A stretch of DNA of 36,125 bases from Promethearchaeota archaeon (lineage in GTDB: Archaea; Asgardarchaeota; Lokiarchaeia; Sigyniarchaeales; SOKP01), in the NCBI GenBank assembly GCA_004524535.1, contig SDNY01000029.1, positions 1 through 36,125 on the forward strand, in the 5' to 3' direction. The position numbers and the translations under genes were made by a program. This document shows positions 27,436 through 36,125 of this stretch, piece after piece. The notes under the pieces are model-generated. The model was not told where the DNA came from. It ran no database searches and saw only the letters and a program-made list of their open reading frames with translations. Within the stretch, counting starts at the first letter, position 1. Every line of letters starts with the position of its first letter.

Positions 27436-29187
27436 TCATATCCATAAATCGTTAGCTGTTCCATATTTATTTAAAAATTTTCGCGTGTTAATTGGCATAA
27501 AGTAATTGTTTTGAGACCACTCTTCGTTCGGATTGGAGCCACTAGGTTCCACATGAAAATTTCCGATTGTGCTCTCAGAACCAGAAATTTGAGTAAATTT
27601 ATATCCTTGGGCACTTGGGGCATTTGGTTCCGAATAGCATCCGAAAAACCTGAAAATTTTGTGATGTGTAAACGCACAGATGCTCGGGTCAGACGGGCTT
27701 GCGCCATATTCTTTCATTACAAGCATCAAGTTTGTTTTTATTTTTTGCGTGTCGTAGGTGACATAAATCATCGAAAGCGCGGTAATATAGAGGAGTTTTT
27801 CTCTTTCGGCAGGATCATTCGAGGTAAGATCCACATCATAATGCACAATCTGGTAATCTTTAGTTGAAGGTCTCAGGAAATATTCTGGAGGTTGATAACT
27901 TAATTGAGTCCCGGCAACTTCGATATATTGATATCCATATTCGGGGCCTCGATTCATCGCAAGATAAAAGGTTGCTTTTTTGTCATTGCTCATGATAAGA
28001 TTATAGAGAATGTTATATCTATTGCTAAGAACCATATCATAATGCTGATCAAGAGAATCGCCCAGTTCTTGGATTTTATGTCTCGTATCTCTATATATTT
28101 TAATATCTTTTCCAATAAAATCATCCTTATCTAAATTAATTTCTAATGTATCTTTTATAGGAGTTCCAAATCGATCTCGGATAACTGTTCCATAAGCATT
28201 ACGTCTATTATATAAGAAATTATGGAAAATAATGGTTCTGGTATAAGAATTCGTTGCTGTGGAGTGTATAGTGTCGGAATGTTTATATCCGATAAGCAAG
28301 TTCTCAATTTGAGTTCTTATAATATAATTTCCATGAGTTTCCATGCGTTTATTTAGAATCTCCCATTTTAATTGTAATAGTAATTGATCGTATATGGCGT
28401 TTCTTTTATTACCCTCATCCCTAATTTGAGTTATAGCATACCATAACTTTTTATTCACACTGTCAAATATATTTTTTCCAGATTCTAAATATTCACTAAT
28501 TTCTCTTTTATTTTTTTTATAAGCTTCATATCCCGTTAAAAAGGATTTTTGCAGGATTTTATTAAATTCATACTGTTTATTTGCAGAGAAGGGCGTATTT
28601 AAAAATGGTATAGGAGAATAATCGAAATATACTTTATTAGTTTCAGATAATAAATTATCTTTTACAGGTAAATACATAAAAGAATTACCGAATAATAGAG
28701 AGAATAAGTGTTGCGGGATACTTTCTAAACTTAAAAATTCATTGTAATCGTGGGTAACTGTTTGACTTGAGGATCGGATATCATAGTGTTCAACCAATTT
28801 TTTTAATTCTCGAGATGTTGGTATAATTGTATGGAAATCGAGTTTAAATCCAGATTTATGCATTGAAACAAATTGGTCTTTATAATAGATATAATCCCCC
28901 TTATAATAGTCCAGTAAATGTAAAAACAAACACATTAAATTAACATGTCCGAATAAATCTCTTATTTCATAAAAGATAAGCTTTCCATATTCAAGTTCAG
29001 ATATTTCACCAGTTTCTGAGAAAATTACTCTCTCGTTGTCTATATCTAATGGATTAATATAGTTTCCATATTGATCAATTCCAGGGGAGATTTTTCTGAG
29101 GGCTTCTCTTGCCTCTTTAATTAATTGACTTGCTCGATCAACACTTAATTCTGAGTCAGGAAAGTTAGTAATCTTATCAAATAACAT
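27436..29187 (-). CDS. Hypothetical protein (possibly a 5'-truncated fragment of a larger gene)
   Basis: 583-aa ORF with no recognised motif. The frame stays open for 29 codons upstream of the ATG, and no clear RBS is visible. Confidence 0.65.
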   Translation of the reverse strand: MLFDKITNFPDSELSVDRASQLIKEAREALRKISPGIDQYGNYINPLDIDNERVIFSETGEISELEYGKLIFYEIRDLFGHVNLMCLFLHLLDYYKGDYIYYKDQFVSMHKSGFKLDFHTIIPTSRELKKLVEHYDIRSSSQTVTHDYNEFLSLESIPQHLFSLLFGNSFMYLPVKDNLLSETNKVYFDYSPIPFLNTPFSANKQYEFNKILQKSFLTGYEAYKKNKREISEYLESGKNIFDSVNKKLWYAITQIRDEGNKRNAIYDQLLLQLKWEILNKRMETHGNYIIRTQIENLLIGYKHSDTIHSTATNSYTRTIIFHNFLYNRRNAYGTVIRDRFGTPIKDTLEINLDKDDFIGKDIKIYRDTRHKIQELGDSLDQHYDMVLSNRYNILYNLIMSNDKKATFYLAMNRGPEYGYQYIEVAGTQLSYQPPEYFLRPSTKDYQIVHYDVDLTSNDPAEREKLLYITALSMIYVTYDTQKIKTNLMLVMKEYGASPSDPSICAFTHHKIFRFFGCYSEPNAPSAQGYKFTQISGSESTIGNFHVEPSGSNPNEEWSQNNYFMPINTRKFLNKYGTANDLWI

Positions 29188-29396
29188 AGCAAGCCATTGT
29201 TTTTTAGAATAGATGGATTTAGAAATTGGATTTTTAATGGTTTGGTTAAAATATATACAATTGTTATTTAAATATCAATATATATGATGATTTTAAGTTT
29301 CACCTGAAATGAATAATTCATACCAATGGATAAGAAAACAATAGGTGAGAAAATAAATGGAACAAATAGGTGTGATTTCCTCCTCGTTATCAAGAA

Positions 29397-29524
29397 TATG
29401 CTCTGGGGGCATAGCGGCAGTGGCAATAATCTATTTTAAGAAAATAAGACTCTATTTTAAGAAAATAAGACTATGCTCTGGGGGCATAGCGGCAGTGGCA
29501 ATAATCTATTTTAAGAAAATAAGA
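29397..29524 (+). repeat. Compound direct repeat: 53-bp unit x2 (29397-29449, 29472-29524) with a 21-bp subunit in tandem (29430-29450, 29451-29471)
   Basis: TATGCTCTGGGGGCATAGCGGCAGTGGCAATAATCTATTTTAAGAAAATAAGA occurs twice exactly, and TCTATTTTAAGAAAATAAGA three times. Confidence 0.95.
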
Positions 29525-29665
29525 AAGCCTTATTATAAATATTAATTATAGGACAGTAAAAAATTCTTTAAGCTTAAGAACTTCTTGTTCATTAACTATG
29601 TCCATGAAGACAAAAAAAATCTAAAAAATAATTTATATTTTTTATTCTATTTTTTTAACAGATTT

Positions 29666-30235
29666 TTATATTTTTTCAGTAATTTTTTTTATTATATCTA
29701 TTAGCTTATCTGCTACATTTTTAATAGTGTCTGATAAATTAAAATTAAAAAAAGGTAAATCGATATTCTCAGAGTAATCATCAAGGGTTAATTCTTTCTC
29801 CTTATAGAGTGTTAATTCGGTAAATCCATTTAAATCTTCTGGAACTAATCCAATCATGAAAATCACCACATTTGGCAATTGTTCTACTAATAAATCAATT
29901 ACAACAGAGAGCGGAATAGTATGAGTTGAAATAGGTATATAATCACCCATATTTTCACGTTTTAATATCGCAACAGTTCCAGGGGGACCATTATATGTAC
30001 AAGTGTCTATAAATACTATATGTGAAGGGTTAAAATCTACGATTTCATCAATTCTATCTATTGGATCGGTACTTGCATTAATAAAAAGGAACTTTTCATT
30101 ATTGTATGATAAAAGTTCACTTATAATATATGGTCCTACTCCATCATCGTTTAATTTAGCTTCTCCAATCCCAACGAAAATGATTTTTGAAGCACCATTT
30201 AATTTATTTAAAATGGTTTCGAGCAAATTCTTCAT
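29666..30235 (-). CDS. hycI: Hydrogenase maturation protease (HycI-like)
   Basis: GIG...DDGVG, IVFID, PGTV and ISTHTIPL motifs. Confidence 0.85.
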   Translation of the reverse strand: MKNLLETILNKLNGASKIIFVGIGEAKLNDDGVGPYIISELLSYNNEKFLFINASTDPIDRIDEIVDFNPSHIVFIDTCTYNGPPGTVAILKRENMGDYIPISTHTIPLSVVIDLLVEQLPNVVIFMIGLVPEDLNGFTELTLYKEKELTLDDYSENIDLPFFNFNLSDTIKNVADKLIDIIKKITEKI

Positions 30236-30332
30236 AATTAAATTCCATAATATTCTACACTAATTTAATTTTCTTAAAAACCCTTAGAATGGTTAAATTC
30301 ATTAATTAGAAAATATAATTATAAACTAGGAT

Positions 30333-30938
30333 ATGACAGAAAAATCTGATGAGAAGATTCAAATAGAAGCTGCTATAGAACAAGATAAAGTTATAATTTC
30401 GGATCTTGAAGGAATTGAAGAATTTTACAAAAATTCATACATAGGTAATGTTGAAAAAACAAAAGAAGAAAACGAAATATTAATATTAGCCCCGGTCGAA
30501 ACGCTACTTCTTTGTGAAAGGAATAGAATACTATTATGGAAAGATAATGATAAAACTAAAAAGCAACTTGATTTTGAAGATTTATTAACTTATTTTACTC
30601 AATTTGACGATAGATTATGGCATAAGTATATCATTTATATGGACTTAAGAAAGAGAGGGTATATAGTTCGCACGGGATATGGCAATGGAATTGAATTTCG
30701 AGTATATAATCGAGGAGCAGATTACGAAAAAGATTCTGCAAAATATTTGATTTTTCCCGTTTTTGAAGGAAATCCAATTGAATTAAGAGATTTAGATAAA
30801 ATGTCTAAAGTTGCTCTGAGTTCTCGCAAGGAACTAATTGTTGCAACTGTGGATAGATTAAGTAAGCCTATTTATTATAGTGTTAAGAAATTTCAGATTA
30901 TGAATAAGGATGTAGATTCTGATTTTAATGCCAGATAA
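30333..30938 (+). CDS. endA: tRNA-intron endonuclease subunit (probably the structural subunit)
   Basis: L.PVE.LLL, Y.IY.DLRKRGYIVRTG, FRVY and SRKELIVA.VD....YY motifs. The catalytic His is not evident. Confidence 0.85.
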   Translation: MTEKSDEKIQIEAAIEQDKVIISDLEGIEEFYKNSYIGNVEKTKEENEILILAPVETLLLCERNRILLWKDNDKTKKQLDFEDLLTYFTQFDDRLWHKYIIYMDLRKRGYIVRTGYGNGIEFRVYNRGADYEKDSAKYLIFPVFEGNPIELRDLDKMSKVALSSRKELIVATVDRLSKPIYYSVKKFQIMNKDVDSDFNAR

Positions 30939-32577
30939 GTTTGCATGCGATACATCAGTAATATTCAATGGTCAAATTCTCGCTCTAATTGAAGATGGAG
31001 AATTAGGGGAATATCCTGAAATTATTATAGCAAATATTGTTGTAGCCGAAGTAGAATATAGAACAAATATTCAAAAAGAGATTGGCTTTTTTGGATTGAA
31101 TGTGCTAAAACAATTGAGACGATTACACGACGAAAACAAAATAAAATTGCGTATTGTAGGGGAACGTCCAACCAGAGAAGAAATAAAAATGGCCCCGGGT
31201 GGAGAATTAGATGCGTTAATACGAGAGTCAGCTCAACAAAATGATGCTGCCCTTATAACAGCAGACCGTATCCAAGGGGATATAGCAATTTTTGAAGGTT
31301 TAGAAGTTTTATTTGCATGGGAAAAAAAACCTCAAAAAACTAAAGAACCACTTTCACTAAAGTTACTTGAATATTTTGATGAAAATACAATGAGTATCCA
31401 TCTTAAAAGGAATTTAGCTCCCTATGCTAAGAAGGGCGCCCCTGGAAATTGGCTTTTAGTGAAAATATCAGATGAAATTATTGAGAATCAACAAATTGAA
31501 GATTTAGCATTAGAAATTATAGAAAATGTTCGAGAAGATGAACACTCTTTTATAGAAATAGAAAGGGAGGGAGCAGTAGTTGCCCAAATGAGAGAGTTTA
31601 GAATTGTAATTACAAGACCGCCTTTTTCTAATGATGTAGAAATAACCGCCACTCGTCCTCTTGTAAATTTAACTCTTTCTGATTATAATATTGATGCCAG
31701 ACTACAAAAGAGATTGCAAACCGCAGAGGGAATATTAGTTTGCGGATCTCCAGGAGCAGGTAAATCGACTTTTTCTGCAGCATTAGCTAATTATTATTTA
31801 GGTCAGAATAAAGTAGTTAAAACTTTAGAAAGTGTGAGAGATCTACAAGTTGAACCAGAAATTACTCAATATACTAAATTAGAGGGAAATCTTGAAAATT
31901 CTGCAGATATTCTCCTATTAGTAAGACCTGATTTCACTATTTTTGATGAAGTAAGAACCACAAAAGATTTTGAGATATACTCAGATTTTCGGTTATCTGG
32001 TGTTGGTATGGTTGGAGTGGTCCACTCTTCCTCGGCAATAGATGCAATCCAAAGATTTATTGGCCGCATCGAACTTGGAATGCTTCCTTCTATTATAGAT
32101 ACAATTATATTTATAGAGGGGGGCGACATTTCAACAGTTTTAATAATAAAAATGACAGTAAAAGTACCTCATGGTTTTAGAGATAAAGATCTTGCCAGAC
32201 CTGTTGTAGAAGTTAGAGATTTCAATTCAAGACAACTTGCCTTCGAGATTTATAGCTTCGGGCAAGACGTAGTTATATCAAAACTTTCAAAAGCTCTCTC
32301 GCGTGATTTTAAAAAAACATCATCCGCTTTTAAGCGAACAACTTCAAACAAGGAAAGAATTGAGCTTGATGTAATAATAAAAAAAGATAAAATTATATTA
32401 AAAGCAGCTCCAAGATTTGCCAGTCAAAATATTAAAGTTTTCGCCGACCAAAAGGAAATATTTACTGGTTCTTTGAGCAGAAATAGTGAAATTAACTTAT
32501 CATTATCTAATAAAGAAGGAAGAAGAATTCTCAAAGAACGTGATAGAAATAAAAAGATTTATGCAAAGATCAAATAA
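30928..32577 (+). CDS. PIN-domain plus VirB11/PilT-like ATPase (archaeal PINA family)
   Basis: PIN motifs DTSV, ELDALIR and ITAD; Walker A GSPGAGKST; ESVRDLQ; LLVRPDFTIFDEVR; GVGMVGVVH. Confidence 0.92.
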   Translation: MPDKFACDTSVIFNGQILALIEDGELGEYPEIIIANIVVAEVEYRTNIQKEIGFFGLNVLKQLRRLHDENKIKLRIVGERPTREEIKMAPGGELDALIRESAQQNDAALITADRIQGDIAIFEGLEVLFAWEKKPQKTKEPLSLKLLEYFDENTMSIHLKRNLAPYAKKGAPGNWLLVKISDEIIENQQIEDLALEIIENVREDEHSFIEIEREGAVVAQMREFRIVITRPPFSNDVEITATRPLVNLTLSDYNIDARLQKRLQTAEGILVCGSPGAGKSTFSAALANYYLGQNKVVKTLESVRDLQVEPEITQYTKLEGNLENSADILLLVRPDFTIFDEVRTTKDFEIYSDFRLSGVGMVGVVHSSSAIDAIQRFIGRIELGMLPSIIDTIIFIEGGDISTVLIIKMTVKVPHGFRDKDLARPVVEVRDFNSRQLAFEIYSFGQDVVISKLSKALSRDFKKTSSAFKRTTSNKERIELDVIIKKDKIILKAAPRFASQNIKVFADQKEIFTGSLSRNSEINLSLSNKEGRRILKERDRNKKIYAKIK

Positions 32578-32621
32578 ACAATAGAAAAAAAAAAGATTAG
32601 ATTTAGATATTTTTTGTTTGT

Positions 32622-33917
32622 TTAAGACTCAACTGCTGTTAAATCTGTTCCTTTAGTCTCTTGAATATACTTATATGTTAGAGGTATGTTTATTAGTAGG
32701 GGTAGAGTGAATACTATGAAGGCAATACCCAGCCCAAAAAATAAGATCACGATACTGCTCAAAAGTAACCCGACCGTTGTACCTGTTGCTGTAAGTAGAG
32801 ATCTAAGACCCGCACTCGTACCTCTTTTTTCTGTTGGAACAATTTCAACTGAAATTATTCTTACAGCACCTAGTGATCCCCATATTGCCGAAACTCCTAA
32901 GCCAGCAAATATCCATGTAATGATACTAGAAGCTAGACCTATACTAACTAAAACAACTGTGGTTATTACGAAGATTGGCATTGCTATTGACCAGAAATAT
33001 AATAAAAATTTTCTTCCAATTTTATCCCCCGTCAATGCTGAAAATGTATATCCTGCTAGAATCATGAAAAAAGTGAATATTAATACCAGATTCAGTTGTG
33101 GTTCTGATAAGCCTCCTTGATCTGCAAAATATGCCATTGCCATAGCCTGGAATAGAAAACTGAGCCCTCCAATAAAGGTTATTAGTAAAAGTACAAGCAT
33201 CTGAGTACGACTGGAAGATTTAAAAATATCGACCACATTTTCTTTAAAACCAGGTTTAAGATCTTCTCCCTTCTTTTCTTTATTTTCTATGAAAATTGAG
33301 GTTTCTTTAACTGCAAAGATAGAAAGAATTCCCAATCCAAATCCCAATACTGCTGCAAATAAAGCAAGACCACGCCAGCCAATTTCACCAGGTTGTCCTG
33401 TAATAAAGATTCCTCGCAGAATTGTAGCAAGTAATAATCCGAAAACACCGCCGGCAACAATAATATTTGCCCAAACTACTCTTTTCTCAGAGGGACATTC
33501 TTCATTAATATATATCATCCATATATCTGAGCTGAAAAACATATATAGCAAAAAGAGAAATATAACATACATAATGAAGCTTGTCGATAATGCAATCATT
33601 AGTGAGGCAAATCCCATACCCAAACATGTAAAAACTAACATAATTTTTCTACCAAATCTATCTGCAAAGTATTGGCTCACAATGACAAAATACATACCAA
33701 TCATTGCAATCCCAGAACCTAACGCAAAAATAGCTTGAGCTGTATTGGTCTTATAATCATTTAAAAATTCAGCTATAATATTACTTGGTATAATTCCCGG
33801 TAATCCGGTAGTATATGCATCTAAGATTTCTATTAGGATTAGAATAACGACTAAAAGACGAAAATAAGCCTTACTGACTCTTATTGAGCTCTTGTTAGTT
33901 TCAGTCATAATATTCAA
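32622..33917 (-). CDS. Major facilitator superfamily transporter
   Basis: About 12 TM helices, with motifs ADRFGRK, GDKIGRK, E..P.EKRG and ETKG. Confidence 0.92.
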   Translation of the reverse strand: MNIMTETNKSSIRVSKAYFRLLVVILILIEILDAYTTGLPGIIPSNIIAEFLNDYKTNTAQAIFALGSGIAMIGMYFVIVSQYFADRFGRKIMLVFTCLGMGFASLMIALSTSFIMYVIFLFLLYMFFSSDIWMIYINEECPSEKRVVWANIIVAGGVFGLLLATILRGIFITGQPGEIGWRGLALFAAVLGFGLGILSIFAVKETSIFIENKEKKGEDLKPGFKENVVDIFKSSSRTQMLVLLLITFIGGLSFLFQAMAMAYFADQGGLSEPQLNLVLIFTFFMILAGYTFSALTGDKIGRKFLLYFWSIAMPIFVITTVVLVSIGLASSIITWIFAGLGVSAIWGSLGAVRIISVEIVPTEKRGTSAGLRSLLTATGTTVGLLLSSIVILFFGLGIAFIVFTLPLLINIPLTYKYIQETKGTDLTAVES

Positions 33918-34037
33918 TTTGTTGTCAAAACATATAAAGTTAGTCTTCCTTATTTTGTCTATTTTAAGTAAAAAAGTAGGAAAAATAATGAAACAATAGG
34001 TAAAAATAATGAAAAATCTGCAAAGTTGAATAATAAT

Positions 34038-34796
34038 TTAACTATAATTTAAAGTTGCTTTTACTTTTTCAAAGATTGGAGGAAGTACGTCTTCTATTTT
34101 ATTGGAAAACCTTAAGTCTACCACGCTATCATAAGGGGTTTCTCCCATATTTAAGATAATTAATTTTGCACCACTTCTTCTTGCGTACTCTGGCATATTT
34201 GCTGCTGGCGTAACAACTAATGAGGAACCTATCACAAAAAATAAATCAGATTGCTGAGATCTTTTTATTGATTCATATAATTCGTCTTCTGGTAAAGGAT
34301 CCCCAAAATTAACTATGCTTGAAATTAGCCTTCCCCCACAGTTCGGGCATGTAGGCTGACCATTGCGAACACGATTTGTACGATATCCTTTACCCCATTT
34401 TTTTTTATCCCATCCAGCATCTTCAAAAGTCATTTTTTTTCCACAATCACCTAAACACTTCATAAAGTAGAGATTTCCGTGGAGCTCAGCAAGTTTTTCA
34501 AAAGGAACTCCTGATTTCGCATGAAGTCCATCAACGTTTTGAGAAATAATAAAATCTACTTTTCCCATTTTTAATAATTCTACAATGATGTAATGGCTCT
34601 GATTAGGTTTTACTTGATCCCACGGAGGCGATTTTGGGGGAGGGAGGCCTGCATCTTTTCTGGTCCATACGCCATCTGGACCCCTATAATCCGGTAATCC
34701 ACTCCCAGTCGAAATTCCCGCACCTGTAAAAATTACTAATTTATTTGACTCAGCTATCCATTTTGCAGCTAATTCAATTTTTTCTTCTAATTCCAT
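34038..34796 (-). CDS. cobB: NAD-dependent sirtuin deacylase (Sir2/CobB)
   Basis: FTGAGIST.SG.PDYRG, SQNVDGLH, ELHG, two Cys pairs, GSSLVV.PA and ILN. The likely start is ATG 34796 (MELEEK) rather than 34871. Confidence 0.93.
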   Translation of the reverse strand: MELEEKIELAAKWIAESNKLVIFTGAGISTGSGLPDYRGPDGVWTRKDAGLPPPKSPPWDQVKPNQSHYIIVELLKMGKVDFIISQNVDGLHAKSGVPFEKLAELHGNLYFMKCLGDCGKKMTFEDAGWDKKKWGKGYRTNRVRNGQPTCPNCGGRLISSIVNFGDPLPEDELYESIKRSQQSDLFFVIGSSLVVTPAANMPEYARRSGAKLIILNMGETPYDSVVDLRFSNKIEDVLPPIFEKVKATLNYS

Positions 34797-34951
34797 AATA
34801 TAAACTAAAAAAATGCGATTATAAAAAGATAATGAATATTTCAATTTTATACTTGATAACGATATTAACACATCGCAAAATCTTTATAAGTAATAAATCT
34901 AAAGTTTTTGTAAGCAATTATTTAATTAAGTAATAATTTTGAGGTAAAAAA

Positions 34952-35491
34952 ATGGCAAAACAAGATGAAGTAAATGTAAAGGATTGGATAGTCCTCTCTA
35001 CCACATTGATAGGCGCTCTTTTAACGATACTTGCTTTAATTTGGCAGTTCAAACCTAAACATGGGATAATCACTGTAACTTTTTTGTTAATGATGGCTTT
35101 TATTTTATTTATTAATTCAGTAACCGCAAATTCAAGAGCACATTATGAATCTCAATTTGAAGAAATATCTGCAAAGAAAATTAAGAGATTTATTAACTTT
35201 GCGGAATATACCTTTGGGCTTGGATTTACGTTTGTTATAATTGGATTTGTTATTCTTGGTTATAAATATTTAATAGATTTCACTAATGGACACATTATGG
35301 CATTGATCCTTCCGGTTGTAATTCTTTTATTAGCTTGGATATTGATGTTTATTTACAATATAATCAGTTATAGTGGTGGTAAGGGATTAAAAGTAGTAAG
35401 GAATTTGAAACGGAATCTCTGGCTCTTAATAGAAATAGGATTTTTAGTTTTAATAATTCTCGATTATTATCAAGTTTTTAAAATTATATAA
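34952..35491 (+). CDS. Hypothetical integral membrane protein (about 5 TM)
   Basis: 179-aa hydrophobic ORF with a GAGGT RBS upstream and a poly-T tract downstream. Confidence 0.8.
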   Translation: MAKQDEVNVKDWIVLSTTLIGALLTILALIWQFKPKHGIITVTFLLMMAFILFINSVTANSRAHYESQFEEISAKKIKRFINFAEYTFGLGFTFVIIGFVILGYKYLIDFTNGHIMALILPVVILLLAWILMFIYNIISYSGGKGLKVVRNLKRNLWLLIEIGFLVLIILDYYQVFKII

Positions 35492-35575
35492 TTCATATTC
35501 ATTTTTTTTTTTCTGAGAACTAATATTTAAAAAAAAACATATATATCATTAAATATTTCCAAGAGAACTATTACT

Positions 35576-35992
35576 ATGGCAGAAAATAACATATCAAAAG
35601 CAGAAGAACTTAACAGACAGTTAAAAAAAAATGTAGAAGAAATAGGATTTTATGAATTTAAACCAGATGATAAAGAGATAACAAAATTCTGTGATTTGAT
35701 AGGGGATGATAATTTAATTTATCTTGATAGTATTGCGGCAGAAAAAGCAGGATTTGAGGGTAAAGTTATCCCCCCAAGTTATATGACGACCTTAACGAAT
35801 CCTTTAGTTCAACTTATTCTTATTAAAGGTGGACCCCATATATTCTCAAAATTAGTTAAGGCATTTATACATGTAGGTTCAGAAATTGAATTCCTTAAGC
35901 CAATGACAATGAATAAAAAATATAAAATCAAAACGGAATTATCAGAGCCGATTAAAAAATCTGGTAGAAAGTTAATTAGAGTTTATTTTTAG
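35576..35992 (+). CDS. MaoC/FAS1-like hotdog-fold dehydratase N-terminal domain protein (C-terminus possibly truncated)
   Basis: ITKFC..IGD.N.IY.D...A..AGF....PPSY and IH.GSEIEF.KP motifs. Confidence 0.75.
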   Translation: MAENNISKAEELNRQLKKNVEEIGFYEFKPDDKEITKFCDLIGDDNLIYLDSIAAEKAGFEGKVIPPSYMTTLTNPLVQLILIKGGPHIFSKLVKAFIHVGSEIEFLKPMTMNKKYKIKTELSEPIKKSGRKLIRVYF

Positions 35993-36125
35993 ATCTATAA
36001 ATAAACCTTATTTTTAAAAATTATAAATCTTATTCCGACTAAATTTCTGATTATCCTATTTTAAATTTTGTCGCAAAAATCGAGTAAGGAGCTAGGTCCT
36101 AATAAGAAATCAAATAATATATCAG

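Noticed and set aside
27471-28134. ORFs 27471-27707, 27511-27867 and 27904-28134
   Set aside because: They are nested in the 583-aa ORF in a locally GC-richer stretch and have no independent support.
29405-29426. GGGGGCATAGCGGCAGTGGCAA resembles a tRNA 5' end (acceptor strand plus D arm)
   Set aside because: No anticodon arm, T-loop (GTTCRA) or complementary 3' acceptor strand follows. The sequence is explained by coding for GGIAAVA.
29397-29524. Possible mini-CRISPR array
   Set aside because: The intervening sequence is itself a copy of part of the repeat, there are no unique spacers, and no cas genes are nearby.
32686-33738. Plus-strand ORFs 32686-33120 and 33289-33738
   Set aside because: Typical antisense frames of a hydrophobic MFS gene.
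33977-34016. Short imperfect tandem repeat TAGG(T)AAAAATAATGAAA x2, loosely similar to 29336-29372
   Set aside because: It is short and A-rich. On the minus strand it reads as T-rich terminator-like sequence after the sirtuin, so it cannot be distinguished from background.

Overview
AT-rich archaeal genomic DNA, most consistent with an Asgard archaeon of the Lokiarchaeia. The evidence is an Lsm-rpl37e pair, a tRNA-splicing endonuclease subunit, a PINA ATPase, an archaeal SepF-like protein, a roadblock/LC7 protein and Loki-type LRR and surface-protein families; this assignment is by recognition, not by a search. The window mixes housekeeping and metabolic genes (thiolase, PAP2 phosphatase, nitroreductase, a 2-hydroxyacyl-CoA dehydratase pair, gamma-CA, nadA, HycI, MFS, sirtuin, MaoC-like) with accessory segments. 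Main observations: (1) an unlisted 84-aa eukaryote-like pro-ubiquitin ORF (25466-25720, ending GG-F) that has no ATG/GTG/TTG near its start and apparently initiates at ATT, flanked by a coiled-coil/polyproline microprotein and an LRR protein; (2) a ThiF/MoeB E1-like gene that also needs a non-canonical start; (3) a 2782-aa receptor-like membrane protein with NIDO-like, reelin-like and Ig/FN3-like repeats, an intact extracellular caspase-family (C14) His-Cys dyad and a cytoplasmic zinc ribbon; (4) a duplicated promoter cassette upstream of that gene and of a truncated surface-protein gene that abuts a putative selfish nuclease. No rRNA, complete tRNA, CRISPR array or transposase was recognised.
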